From a virus (taxonomy: Duplodnaviria; Caudoviricetes): DNA of 64,000 nucleotides. Under the pieces are notes generated by a model that saw only the letters and a program-made list of their open reading frames with translations, made no database searches and was not told the origin of the DNA. The DNA lies in IMG/VR virus record IMGVR_UViG_3300021387_000299, positions 64,001 through 128,000 of that record; one strand, 5' to 3'. Shown in pieces: positions 52,821 through 63,467 of this stretch (its first letter is position 1; every line of letters begins with the position of its first letter). Both the position numbers and the translations under genes were made by a program.

Positions 52821-53945
52821 CTAGTCATCATGGTTATCAGATGACATGCTTACTAATTCATCTGAATATGTTTCACCATCATGCCATGTACGACCACGAT
52901 GTAGGTCATTATTAGCATCAGAAGCTGTTGTAGCACTCTCAATAATCTGAATAACAGCAAATACTTTATGACTCTTATCGAATCTTGTGTAGTCTGGGAA
53001 TGCATCCATTGTAAATGTAAATGTTGATGGATCACCAGTAGCAGCCATAGTAAATGTAAATGCTGACTGAATCTTACAGTTAGGAATGATAAATTCAGCT
53101 GGATGGTCTACACCATTTGTATCTCTCCAAAGTGTTGAACCTTCAAGATAATATGTACCAGCGAATTTTTCAGCATCAATTTCAATCTGTTTAGCGCCAG
53201 AACGAACTGGTGTATAGTAATCAATTAAAACACCATTACCAATACCAGCATCAACAGCAAGATTTGTCTTACCATCATCACCTTTACCGACGCCAATTTC
53301 ATACATATGATTCATATCAGTATCATGGCAATTTAATTCTTTTCCAAAATTACATTCATGACTTTCAACAACCATCTTATATGAACCATCTTCTTGAGGT
53401 TCAATTTTTGCATAAGTCTTTGAAGCTGCATCAAATGCAGAACCTGTCTGCTGATTAACAATATAAGGTTCAGAAATAACTTCACCATCTTTTGTGATCA
53501 TAATGCAAGCGTAATTTTCATTTTCAACTGCGCCATTAGCTGTTGGAACAGGTAAGAAAGGTTCTTTATCTACGAAAACAGTTAAAGTCTTTCCATCTTC
53601 ACTAACAGTATATTCATCTGTTGTTTCAACAATATGCTGATAAATAGGCTTATCTTCAGAAGCTTCAATTAAACCAGCACCAGTTAAAACTGATAAACTT
53701 TCTGGAGAAATCAATGCATCTTCCATAGTGAAAGTAACTGTACGTTCACCTTCCCACGCCATTAAACGAGCATTACCTTTACCACCCTGCGCATAAACAG
53801 TTGTAGAAGCACCCTCTAATGTTGAAGTAGTCAGTGTGTCGAAATATAATACTGGTTCATTCTTATAGAAACGCTTGTTTCCCAAATTCATTGTACCCTT
53901 GGCTCTAAGTACAACGTCAACTACGTCACGAACACCATATTTCAT
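52821..53945 (-). CDS. Major tail (tube) protein (374 aa)
   Basis: Motifs LYFDTL..S.LE.....YAQGGKGN.RL..W and F.IPNCKIQS.FTFTMAA.GDPSTF.F. Acidic, no TGA, located between the neck genes and the TMP. Confidence 0.8.
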   Translation of the reverse strand: MKYGVRDVVDVVLRAKGTMNLGNKRFYKNEPVLYFDTLTTSTLEGASTTVYAQGGKGNARLMAWEGERTVTFTMEDALISPESLSVLTGAGLIEASEDKPIYQHIVETTDEYTVSEDGKTLTVFVDKEPFLPVPTANGAVENENYACIMITKDGEVISEPYIVNQQTGSAFDAASKTYAKIEPQEDGSYKMVVESHECNFGKELNCHDTDMNHMYEIGVGKGDDGKTNLAVDAGIGNGVLIDYYTPVRSGAKQIEIDAEKFAGTYYLEGSTLWRDTNGVDHPAEFIIPNCKIQSAFTFTMAATGDPSTFTFTMDAFPDYTRFDKSHKVFAVIQIIESATTASDANNDLHRGRTWHDGETYSDELVSMSSDNHDD

Positions 53946-53963
53946 GGGCTTTTTCCTCCTTCT

Positions 53964-54686
53964 TTAATCTTTATGGATATTTCTCATTCAATCTTCAGGC
54001 TTGCCATCAGCTTTTGCCCCAGCAAGTCTTGATCGAATATCAAGGTCTCAATTAGTATAAAGACCAAATCTTTCTAATGAATCTAATACTTGATATACAG
54101 TATAGTCCACTAAAGTTGTAATTGGTATTTTTAATCCAATAGATAAAGCTGATAAATATCGTGCATAAACACTTCCAATATCATCACCTTTTAATTTAGC
54201 AATTCGTTCTCTACCTTTTTTAATTTTTTCAGCAATTTTTCGAGCTTGCTCATTTACTGGATTAAAATCATCCTCTTTTTTCTTTAAACAAAAAACTTGC
54301 CGCAAGATAGTCTGGAAATATTCAAAATTTCCTTCATCTATTATAATGTTTGTGCCATTATAATTTAACAATAATGCCCTTGGAGTAAAGGTTATTTTTC
54401 CATTTGGTACAACTAAAGATAAGGCTTCTTTTACTGCTTCTTTAGTTTCTTTAGCATCTTTCTCTGACATTATTGTCATAAATATTTGAAAATTTGAAGT
54501 ATTAGATAAATCTGATCCGCCCTGCTCAAATTGTTCTTTATCTATACAAAATACTTGTATTCCTGTTAAAAATTGTTTTTCTCCAACCATTGATATTTCT
54601 TTAATTGTCGGTTGATGAATAATTAATTGACATTCTGGAATGGGAATATCCACTCCAGTAAATAGTGCAAGATCAATATCTTTCAT
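53964..54686 (-). CDS. Tail-associated protein (possible assembly chaperone), 240 aa
   Basis: Track ORF extended through two TGAs: YTN-W-DLDIRSRLAGA...PED-W-MRNIHKD-TAA. Confidence 0.6.
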
Positions 54687-55282
54687 TATTCTTTAAACTG
54701 CTTTTGTTTAAATAATTCATTAAAATCATCAACCATCTTCTGCTGATCATCTGGATTAGGAGTATCTTTCTTATCCTCTCCACCATGAACTGCTTGATAC
54801 ATTAAAGTTAATCCTGCAAATTCATCATTAAGAATAATCTGACTTGCGCCTAAAAAATGTAATTCTCCAATCCCTGTTAAATGCTCATTATCAAACATTG
54901 AATCAATTTCCGCAGCAATACGATATGGACGCAATTGGAAATCCTTTAACTGCCATTGATCGAAATGACATATAATATCAAAGGTAATAATATTATCTCT
55001 AAATTGTGGATTCGCACTTGGCGTAAAATTATCCATAGATATAATTACATAAGCCAACACACTTCCATCTACATAAATTTTTGGAATAATTTTTATTTGC
55101 TTTCCAATCATATTTGCACGTTGTTCTTCAGTCAATGCTGGTCGATCCAACGCATCTCTATCCGTGTAATATAAAATTTTACATAAATTCTTATTCTTCA
55201 TCATTCATTCAGTTATTAAAGCTAAATCTTTGTCGACCGACATAAATGATGAATGCGGAATCGTATATTTCTTAATTATCAT
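54686..55282 (-). CDS. Putative tail terminator/completion protein (198 aa)
   Basis: ATG 55282; TGA at ITE-W-MMKNKNL; FDIICH...W...RPY.I...ID..F motif; assignment supported by synteny. Confidence 0.55.
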
Positions 55283-55300
55283 AATACTCCATTTTCTCCT

Positions 55301-56293
55301 TTAAAATAAAGATTCTGCAACAATAGTTTTTTCAGCATCGCCGCATTTTAATACAAACTGACCATGATAACTTGATTGTCAGCTAATAACACATTTACGA
55401 CCGTCTGCTTTCATTTGAACAGGAACTTTCTTTCCTATAATCTTCCATTGTGCAAGATCTTTTCCTCTATAGTAATAAGTATATTCAATTCTTGGTTTAA
55501 TAAAAGTATCTCCTTTAATTAAATCATCGAGTGTAGAATCTGCGTTTGGATCAATCGGATCCATTACAAGACCATCTACCAAATAATTATTAACGTCATC
55601 TTTAGTCTCATTTGCATAATATTCTACAGCTACAACTTGTAAAATTCCAGGCATACTAATACTATCAGTTGCTTCAACTCTTCAGCAAATATTCTTATCA
55701 GCCTCATCAATACCCTTTAAATAAAACTTTGCATAACGTCTAAAATATTTTAATGCTTCGGGTGTTTTAGTCATAAGAATATCTAAAGAGTGATTCGGTT
55801 CATCTACACTTATACCATTCTTTTGAATAAAATTAATCTTAGTTTCTACTGGACCTCTTACCGCAAGATATTGGGTAAACTTCTCTTTATCTTCATTTAA
55901 CCAAGATACAGTATAATTACAACGTCTAATTTCTGCTCTAAAATAAGCAAGTTCAGTTAAATCTTGTAAATAAATTATTCATTTAGTTCCAGTATTTAAT
56001 CAATCAAAAATGTCTCCCGGTTTATAGCGATACTCATATCCAACAGAGAGAACTTTATCATCATAATTTTGTTTTGTCTTATCCGGATTAATTAACGCTG
56101 GTGCTTGTTCTTGATCTACCGCATCAGTATGTTTAATTTTTGCCGCTTGATAAGAGTATTTTGTTGCATGATCTAATGTTCATCTTTTATCGCGAATCAT
56201 TCGATCTTGTTGCGGTTTTCCGCCATGCCAATTTATTCTATTTGCCATTAAATTTATTCCAGAAAATTGAGATCTATCAGTACTATATGGCAT
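55301..56293 (-). CDS. Putative head-closure/neck protein (330 aa, TGA=Trp)
   Basis: ATG 56293 (MPYSTDRSQF) after AAGGGGG. Several TGAs; includes track ORF 55379..55654; TAA 55301. Confidence 0.55.
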
Positions 56294-56588
56294 TTAACGT
56301 CCCCCTTAATAAAGAAATTGATTCAAATACTGTCTTTCTATAAATACTAAATTCCAAATCTTCAGATACTCGCAAACCTTCAAGTTTACTTAGTAAAATT
56401 AAGAATTCATCATTTGAAGCAAATATCTCTGATAATCCCCTAATTTCAATAAGGACAGTATTTAATTGTTCCAATCAATTTTCTCCATTTTCTCTCATTG
56501 GAATTAATTTTCAAAGTTGATTTGTCAATCTATTTATATCAGATTCAAAACTAGACCTTGAAATATTAATGCCTAACTTCGTAGTCAC
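56283..56588 (-). CDS. Hypothetical head-tail region protein (101 aa)
   Basis: Probable GTG at 56588. Reads NQL-W(56511)-KLIPMRENGEN-W(56475)-LEQLN into track ORF 56283..56474. Confidence 0.6.
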
Positions 56589-57162
56589 CAAAGATTCCAT
56601 TTCTTAGCACATCCCAATTTGACTCAATATAGCCATCGCTATTTATTCGTCTACGCTTATAAAGGCGTTGCATATGGAATGATTGTCTCTGACATTCTGC
56701 TAATAAATTTAATAATTTGGCAAGATGATTGGCTTGGGAGGTCATTTTAAAATCAGACCCACTATATTTCATGCGGGTATTTTCAATAGATGTAACTTGG
56801 CGTTGAAGCCATCCGCACATCATTAATAATGCAAGAATATTAATCTCTTCACTCGTTAAATCTACATTAAAATGCGAGCGTTCAATATATACATCAGGAA
56901 TTCCCTCATCTTCCTCTTCATCTGGAGTGTTTCAAACAACTCCAATAACAAAATCCCCTTCTTCAACCTTATCTTCTCGAACAATAAGAGTTTCAATAGA
57001 AAAGTCGTCTAAAATTTTACGAGGGAATTCAAATCCAGGAATTGCATCAATTAAAAGGGACCTTAAGTCCCTCATTGTGTCTTCTGGAGTTAACTCCATG
57101 TACATATCATCTGTGATTTTACCAAGAAAGCGATTATATATATCTGTGAACTGAGTTCCCAT
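56566..57162 (-). CDS. Putative head-tail adaptor (198 aa)
   Basis: ATG 57162 after AAGGAG. One TGA at 56932 joins two track ORFs. F.DIYNRFL.KITD and DLTSEEINILA..M...WL motifs. Confidence 0.6.
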
Positions 57163-57186
57163 AATATACACTCCTTTCTTATTTAA

Positions 57187-57765
57187 TTATTTCTTAATAA
57201 TCTTAGGTTTATTTGCGGCGACTGCTTCTGCTGCAACCCCTCCAGCTGATCTACGTGTAGTTGTCTGAACTCTACGAGTCTTTGGAGCCTCTGCCGCAGG
57301 TGCTTCACCGTCATCATTAGCTCTATTTTCTCTATCATGAGCAATTGCTGCATCAACATCAAATCCTGTCATTTCCTTAAGAGCCTGTCTCTTAGAAAAA
57401 TCATTTAAAGGAATCTGGACGCTTAAATCTTTAATCATATCTTTAACACCATCTGGCGCAAAATCAAGAGCATCCTTAAATTCGTTTAAAGTACCCTCTC
57501 TAATAAGCTTAGCGACATTATCAGCATTCATATAATACTCAGGTTCTCTATGAATATTTAAATCATCTAAAACCTGTTCGTCTTTAACCAAGAGGTGGTT
57601 TCTGATTAAGTCAAGTCCGCCAGCTGTATATGATAAAGCTTCAATTTCCTCTTTTGGAACTCTGATAGCCTGTCTAGGAGCTAATTCTCTGCGAATATGT
57701 CTATCGGGAATTTGATAAACAATTTTTCCAGCTGTTCTATTTTCAACTGTTACTAAATCTGCCAT
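57187..57765 (-). CDS. Hypothetical head-associated protein (192 aa)
   Basis: Intact ORF downstream of the capsid unit; ATG 57765 after AAGGAG. Confidence 0.7.
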   Translation of the reverse strand: MADLVTVENRTAGKIVYQIPDRHIRRELAPRQAIRVPKEEIEALSYTAGGLDLIRNHLLVKDEQVLDDLNIHREPEYYMNADNVAKLIREGTLNEFKDALDFAPDGVKDMIKDLSVQIPLNDFSKRQALKEMTGFDVDAAIAHDRENRANDDGEAPAAEAPKTRRVQTTTRRSAGGVAAEAVAANKPKIIKK

Positions 57766-57798
57766 ATTGTAATAATCTCCTTTTTCTCTCACTTAATG

Positions 57799-57835
57799 AA
57801 AATAAGGGGAGAGGGGATTTACCCCTACTCCCCTT
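57799..57835 (-). terminator. Intrinsic terminator closing the capsid unit
   Basis: AAGGGGAGTAGGGG-TAAAT-CCCCTCTCCCCTT followed by ATTTT. Confidence 0.75.
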
Positions 57836-57849
57836 TAACTCTTAAATAT

Positions 57850-58260
57850 TTAGTTTTCTTTAAATGTTACTGTTAATGTAACACTTTCGCCCTTAGCACC
57901 AATTGTAATTGTTGCTGGTGTTGTGGCAATTGTTTCTGCCTTAGTCCAGAATACAATATGTCCTGCTCCAAGGCCTAATCCAGCTGCTTCCTCTACGTCA
58001 GCATCTGTTAATTCAGCACCATTCCATGTAGCACCAACGATTGTCTCAAGACCTGTATTAATATCTAATCCAATCCACTTATGCTCTCCTTGAGCCGCAT
58101 TAGAAGATGGGAATGTAACTAAGTCTTCAAGTTTACCTTTGATGACAATGGAAGTACCACTTTGTTCAACCTCAACGGCCCCATTATTGACTACCATGCT
58201 ATCATAGCTGGCGTCCCATGATGGAAGAGTGGCCAACTTACTAACCGTTGTTGTTACTAC
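57850..58260 (-). CDS. Beta-rich (Ig-like) domain, probably a -1 frameshift extension of the major capsid protein
   Basis: The track start is a TTG with no SD. The frame is open back across the capsid stop: GCA GGG GTA GTA ACA ACA ACG GTT AGT AAG TTG GCC. Confidence 0.65.
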   Translation of the reverse strand, partial: VVTTTVSKLATLPSWDASYDSMVVNNGAVEVEQSGTSIVIKGKLEDLVTFPSSNAAQGEHKWIGLDINTGLETIVGATWNGAELTDADVEEAAGLGLGAGHIVFWTKAETIATTPATITIGAKGESVTLTVTFKEN

Positions 58261-59408
58261 CCCTGCTGGCCGTTACCGCCTTGATTGTCGCCTGCACCTT
58301 CGCTACCGCTTTGGAAATCAGATGCATTGTCAACAACGACAACGTTCTTAACTGTATCAGCAAGCTGGAATGAACCTTCCTTAGATAATGAAGTATCCTT
58401 ATAAACGCACATTGCATTGTTCATCATGCAAACTACGCCGACCTTCTTATATACCTGGATCTCACGGCTCCAGTCACGATTAGCTCTTTCGTCAACAAGT
58501 GTATCGCCTTCGAAAGCAACCTTAACTGGCTTCATATCTGTGCCTGATGGGATAATCCAGCAGAATGAAGGATCAATAACCTTTTCCTTACCTTCAATAA
58601 TGTCCTTATAAGCGTTAGGAAGAATGACAACATTCTTATCTCTATATCCGCTTAAACGACCTGTTCTGTAAAGTTCATCCTTCATAGCTTCTGTGTATCT
58701 CCAAGCTTCTTGAGGAATCATCTTAACAGCAAATTCGTTAGTGCAGTAAATTGTTACATTACCATATGATTCAGCAAGGCGAACAAGTTCGTCAAATGAA
58801 GCTGCATCAAATCCGTTTGTAACAACGCGGTTCATTGCAGGAAGCTGGTTAATAGCACCTTCAAGAGCCTTACCAATTTCTTCGTAAACAAGGTCATCCA
58901 TACCTTCCATTACGATATTTGTAAGTTCAGCAAAGTCAGCACGACCATCAAGGAATTCCTCAAATCCGATCTGTGCAGCTCCGCCAATTGCACTTGTTGG
59001 AACTTCGAAGCTTTCAGAACTCTTAGCAAGCTTGAAGACTTCATAGTTACCTGCAAGTCCAACTCTTGTAATGAACTGCTTAGCACGATTAGTGCCATCA
59101 ATCTTTCTACGGAACATAGGTCTGTCGCCCTGCGCAAATGTCTTTACTTCTGCGAACTGACCATAGTTCTGAACGACTCTCTTAGGAAGAACATCATTCA
59201 ATGTTTCTTCAATAATAGAGAATACTAAATTCTTATTTTCACGATATAACTGGTATGTTCCAGCAATCTCTCTGAACTCATTACGAAGTGTTTCGTTAAG
59301 TTCATTATAGCTGAAATCCTGTCCATTATAGCTATACGCCTTAGGAGCTTTAGGATCAGCTTTAGCTACAGTCTTAGCTAATGCAATAAAATTCTTCTTA
59401 TCTAACAT
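58257..59408 (-). CDS. Major capsid protein (383 aa)
   Basis: Size and position after protease/scaffold and decoration genes. Strongly biased codon usage (AAG, TTC, AAC). Gly/Gln-rich flexible C-terminus; ends TAG TAA. Confidence 0.85.
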   Translation of the reverse strand: MLDKKNFIALAKTVAKADPKAPKAYSYNGQDFSYNELNETLRNEFREIAGTYQLYRENKNLVFSIIEETLNDVLPKRVVQNYGQFAEVKTFAQGDRPMFRRKIDGTNRAKQFITRVGLAGNYEVFKLAKSSESFEVPTSAIGGAAQIGFEEFLDGRADFAELTNIVMEGMDDLVYEEIGKALEGAINQLPAMNRVVTNGFDAASFDELVRLAESYGNVTIYCTNEFAVKMIPQEAWRYTEAMKDELYRTGRLSGYRDKNVVILPNAYKDIIEGKEKVIDPSFCWIIPSGTDMKPVKVAFEGDTLVDERANRDWSREIQVYKKVGVVCMMNNAMCVYKDTSLSKEGSFQLADTVKNVVVVDNASDFQSGSEGAGDNQGGNGQQG

Positions 59409-59427
59409 TTCCTTACTCCTTTCTTAA

Positions 59428-60153
59428 TTATTTAACGCGCATAACTTTTACGCCAGGCTGCATATCAGGCATTGTGTAAACCTTAACAACCTGCATTGTT
59501 GGGTGAAGAGCGTCTGCGCCTTCGCCCGGTGCAAGATAACCATCAGCGCCAGGTGTAAGCATATCGCCAACCTTTAGGCTACCTGGTTCAGCAGCAATTG
59601 TATTTGTTGTCCAAATATCGCCAATATTAATCTTGAAAAGACGAGGAACCATTCTTGTTCCCTGTGGCATTAACTTATGCTTCTTGTAGTTTTCAACTAC
59701 ATGGAATGGATCATCTGTAGAATCTACTTCATAAGGAGAAGCTGGCTTTGTAACACGTTCAACATTGTCATTGCCATCTCCATCTTTAGCTCCGTAGAAA
59801 CGAGCCTGCCATTCTGTTAAAGGCTGTGTTCCATCAATTGGACTATAAACACGAGCAACATAATCTTCTTTCTTCATAGCAAAATCGCAGTCCTGTTCCC
59901 AGTCACGATAAAGCTTGATTTCATTAAAGACCATCATCCATTCGCCTTTGCCTTCAAAGTCTACTGCTCCGCCATCATCAGCTGCATAGTTATATGTAGC
60001 AAACTGTCCATTCTCAAGAATGTCAATATCTGCTGCTGCAGGTAACTGAGCATAGATCTGAGCAGTCTTCTGGGCAGATAGATGGTTTGGTTCAACCTGA
60101 CCATAACCACGAGCGACATATGTGGCCTTTTCACTTAATCTTTCTCTAGCCAT
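59428..60153 (-). CDS. Putative capsid decoration/cement protein (241 aa)
   Basis: Between scaffold and MCP with the same high-expression codon bias. GYGQVEPN.L and LENG motifs. Confidence 0.6.
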   Translation of the reverse strand: MARERLSEKATYVARGYGQVEPNHLSAQKTAQIYAQLPAAADIDILENGQFATYNYAADDGGAVDFEGKGEWMMVFNEIKLYRDWEQDCDFAMKKEDYVARVYSPIDGTQPLTEWQARFYGAKDGDGNDNVERVTKPASPYEVDSTDDPFHVVENYKKHKLMPQGTRMVPRLFKINIGDIWTTNTIAAEPGSLKVGDMLTPGADGYLAPGEGADALHPTMQVVKVYTMPDMQPGVKVMRVK

Positions 60154-60170
60154 TTACTGTCTTCCTCCTA

Positions 60171-61451
60171 TTATTCCATCTCTCTTTTCGTAGCCATAGC
60201 AGCTTTGATCCAAGCCGGTATCATATCATCTTCAATTCCCTGTTCATCTAAACTGAAAACTGTGTTACCATTTTGCTCTTCATCTTTTTCTTCATCAAGA
60301 TCAAAACTAACCTTGTTACGAACACAAATTACAGAAAGCTTCGCTTCGATATCATCAATACTGTAGTTGTCAATATTCTTAACTACATCCTGCTTATCTT
60401 CATCAGATAGCATGTAGAAACTATCAATCATTGCCTGCTTTTCTTTACGATCGGCCGCATTCTTAAATTCTACAAGTTTATCATAATCAGCTTTCATATT
60501 GTTGAACTTAGTTTCTAACTCTTCATAGTCAGCCTTTAGTTCTATATATTCTTGAATATCATCAAGATTATATTTAACGCTTTCGTCCTCAGAATTTTCT
60601 TCAGGTTGCTCGTCTTCCTGAACTTCTTCTTCGGTTTCAGCAGGAGCTTCTTCTGCTTCTTCTTCTGGAGTTTCTTCAACTTCAGGTTCTGCAGGAGCTT
60701 CTTCTTCTGGTTTTTCTTCTTCGTTATCTAAAACTTCTTCTTCCATTTCTGGTGTCTTTACTTCTTCCACAGAATCTGTCCCTCCTTTTATTTCCATCTC
60801 TTTAACTTCTTTCATCATAGATAAAATCTTTTCCTGGAAAGAAGGTTCAAATGAGAATTGCACTCTGGTGATTTGCGCACCCTCGAAGCAAGGTTCAACA
60901 TCCTCACCAAGAATACAAAGTTTAGAGATTATTGCTTCATTTATAATGAAAAAGCTCAAATTTTCATTATCATTTTCTGACCAAAAACCTTTTAAAGTAG
61001 ATTCATCTAATTCCATAGATTGATTATTACCCTTGGTAATAACTCTTTGAGTTTCTGGATATTGGCCTGTTCATAAATATCCTTCTGTCATCAAATATTC
61101 ATGTTCAACGCCATCATCAGAAAATTTTTGAAACCACACCTTTGGATTTAAATCAACAAATCCATAAGGCTGTGTAGTATCTTTAAAGAACCAATCTCCA
61201 TTGCGAATATCAATGCTTTGATTATGTGCCTCAAAGTCCTCAGTGTTTTCGTTATAATATCCCACAATTGGACAGCCCGGTAAAGTTTTTGCCATATCTG
61301 TGGCAACAGCTTTAGTAATAACGCTACCATTACGATTAGGGCTATCTCCTACATAACATACCTTAATTTGGCATTTTGAAATAAGAGGATTTAATGTTGG
61401 TGTAACATTGATAAGCTCAATAGGAGAATCTACTGCTATACTATTATGCAT
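60171..61451 (-). CDS. Prohead protease / scaffold fusion (426 aa, one TGA)
   Basis: Two track ORFs joined at LMTEGYL-W(61071)-TGQY. Motifs NRNGS.I, PIVG, QSMEL and LCILG.DVEPCFEGA, then an acidic linker and coiled coil. Confidence 0.8.
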
Positions 61452-61464
61452 TATCTAACTCCTC

Positions 61465-63108
61465 CTATTTCATACTCTCTCTATTTGCAATTGTTTTGTC
61501 GGATAATTGATCATCATCCTTTTTAGGACGACCTGCTTGTTTTGATTCTCCACCTACCGCAGATCCTCCTCCTGTAGAAGTTTGCGAATTACCACTATTT
61601 GTTTTATTTTTTCTGCCCAAATTTTGAATATCTTCACTACCAATAGTAGATGACATCATAGGCGGAATCATAATTTCACTTAATCCTAAAATATCATTTT
61701 CGAAATAAGCGGTGCTCATGATTGTATTTTGAGAGTGTCCAAGAGCAATCTGCGCAAACATCTTACCATAACCAATTTGCATTTGTTCTTTATACATTTT
61801 TGATAATTCTTTATAATTATATTGTGTAGTATCTAATATGTAAAATCTAAAATTATATTTCTTCTTATTCTTGACTTTTCTCTGTACTATTGTATCAAAT
61901 AAAATCTCAAATTGCAACTTTAAGTCCCTCATGACGCCCTCATCTTGCAAAATCGAATTGGTCTGTGCAAGATTTCCATCCGAGTTAAATATATTTTTAG
62001 ATACGCCGGCCGCATTATATACAGTACGTTCAACTCTCTCTAAATCGTCATTATCAACATTTCTTGCATCCGATAAATCAATAGAATCAATATCCGCGAA
62101 TGTTGTAATAATATCTGTTCCAACAGAATGTTGTAACATCGCAACAGCATTATTATGAATATCTCTTGCTTCATCAACATCGAAAATTAAATCACCATTT
62201 TTATCTATTGGAAGTTTCTGCACAATAATTTTTAACAGATCTTGCATCTGTTTGCGGCGATCAAGATCCTGCGCGGCATCAAGATCAAGTAATGCTGGAA
62301 TTACGTTAAAGAATAATGGTAGATCTCCAGCTCCACTTAAACTAAATTTAACTGCATATCCAGGATCTAATAAGTATCATGTGCCAATATCTCCTTGGAA
62401 ATCTGGTTGCAATCTTCTTTCTTTATATAGCATATATCCTTTTTGGAAATCTTTAGGGAACATTTTAAGAACTCGCATTCTATAATTAATGTCCTTAAAT
62501 TTTTCATCAAAATATGCCATATTAAATTCAATAGCAGGAAGATTATTTATATAATATCTGCAACGGCAATATTCTGGAGGTAACTCTTGGAATAACACTC
62601 CATTCGTTCCTTCAATAATATAGCCATAGCATACTCCATATTTAAGAACCTTTAACGCAATATCACCGCATAATTTCTTAATATGAGTATTATCTAAATA
62701 ATCTAAATTTTTAAAAAATTCATTAGTAATTTTTAAACAGTCTTTTTCACTGTCCAAAACAGATTCATCATAGATTGTTGGAACGGTATACCAGTCCCAA
62801 CGATACATTGTTGCATAGTAATTAACAAGTCTTTGATAAATACCGTCTATTCTATAGAAATAATCTGAAATCATTCTAATTGAATGATAATCTCTGTCTA
62901 TAATGGCACGCATTACAGCACGTTTATCAATACATCTTCGACCATCTATTTTTTTATAAAATCCTAAATCTATAATAGCATCTTCAAGAGTTTTTATACC
63001 TACTTTAATTTTCCCATAGTCAGCGGCGCCATTCATATCAAAGCCTTTATCTCTAATGGCCTCTTGTCTATCCTTGTTTTCCAAAAGCTCCACCTCCTTA
63101 GCTTCCAT
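61465..63108 (-). CDS. Portal protein (~540 aa, one TGA; may start at TTG 63084)
   Basis: Two track ORFs joined at GDIGT-W(62377)-YLLDP. Lies between terminase and protease. C-terminal GRPKK...SDKT motif. Confidence 0.8.
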
Positions 63109-63457
63109 ATGCTTTATTAATTATGTAATCGTAACTAATAAGATTTTCGTCAGTATATGGAATTTCTATTAATTTAATATCATGTAATTGACAAAATCTA
63201 CGTTTTTTCGCATCATTAAATTGCTGCTGATAAAATCCTTTTTTTCCACCAAATTTACTACTTGGTTCATAATGTTGTCTGCCTTGATATTCAATTAAAA
63301 AATCTATATTACCGTCATCATCAAAGACCGCAAAATCAAAACGAAGAGGTCTACCATTTGAACTATTTAATCCTTCAAATGATAATTCCATCTTAAAATT
63401 TAATCCCGCTTCTTTTAAAATTTCTTCTATTTTAATTTCTCCTCTACTTGCTCTCAT
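63098..63457 (-). CDS. Small Vsr/DUF559-like PD-(D/E)xK endonuclease (119 aa)
   Basis: S.GE..I...L, LRFDF, LIEYQGRQHY, D..K..FC...I.LIEIPY pattern. Confidence 0.75.
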   Translation of the reverse strand: MRASRGEIKIEEILKEAGLNFKMELSFEGLNSSNGRPLRFDFAVFDDDGNIDFLIEYQGRQHYEPSSKFGGKKGFYQQQFNDAKKRRFCQLHDIKLIEIPYTDENLISYDYIINKAYGS

Positions 63458-63467
63458 ATTAATTCTC

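Noticed and set aside
52800-52830. Frameshift extension of the major tail protein into the 61-aa ORF
   Set aside because: The small ORF has its own AGGAGG and ATG, and an in-frame TAA two codons upstream.
58254-58259. TAG readthrough or TAG recoding at the capsid stop
   Set aside because: TAG is followed immediately by TAA in frame, and TAG is a genuine stop in several other genes. The extension lies in the -1 frame.
570-62485. Plus-strand ORFs and short alternative-frame minus-strand ORFs in the track
   Set aside because: They lie antisense to or inside long code-4 genes, have shadow-ORF composition and lack convincing RBSs.
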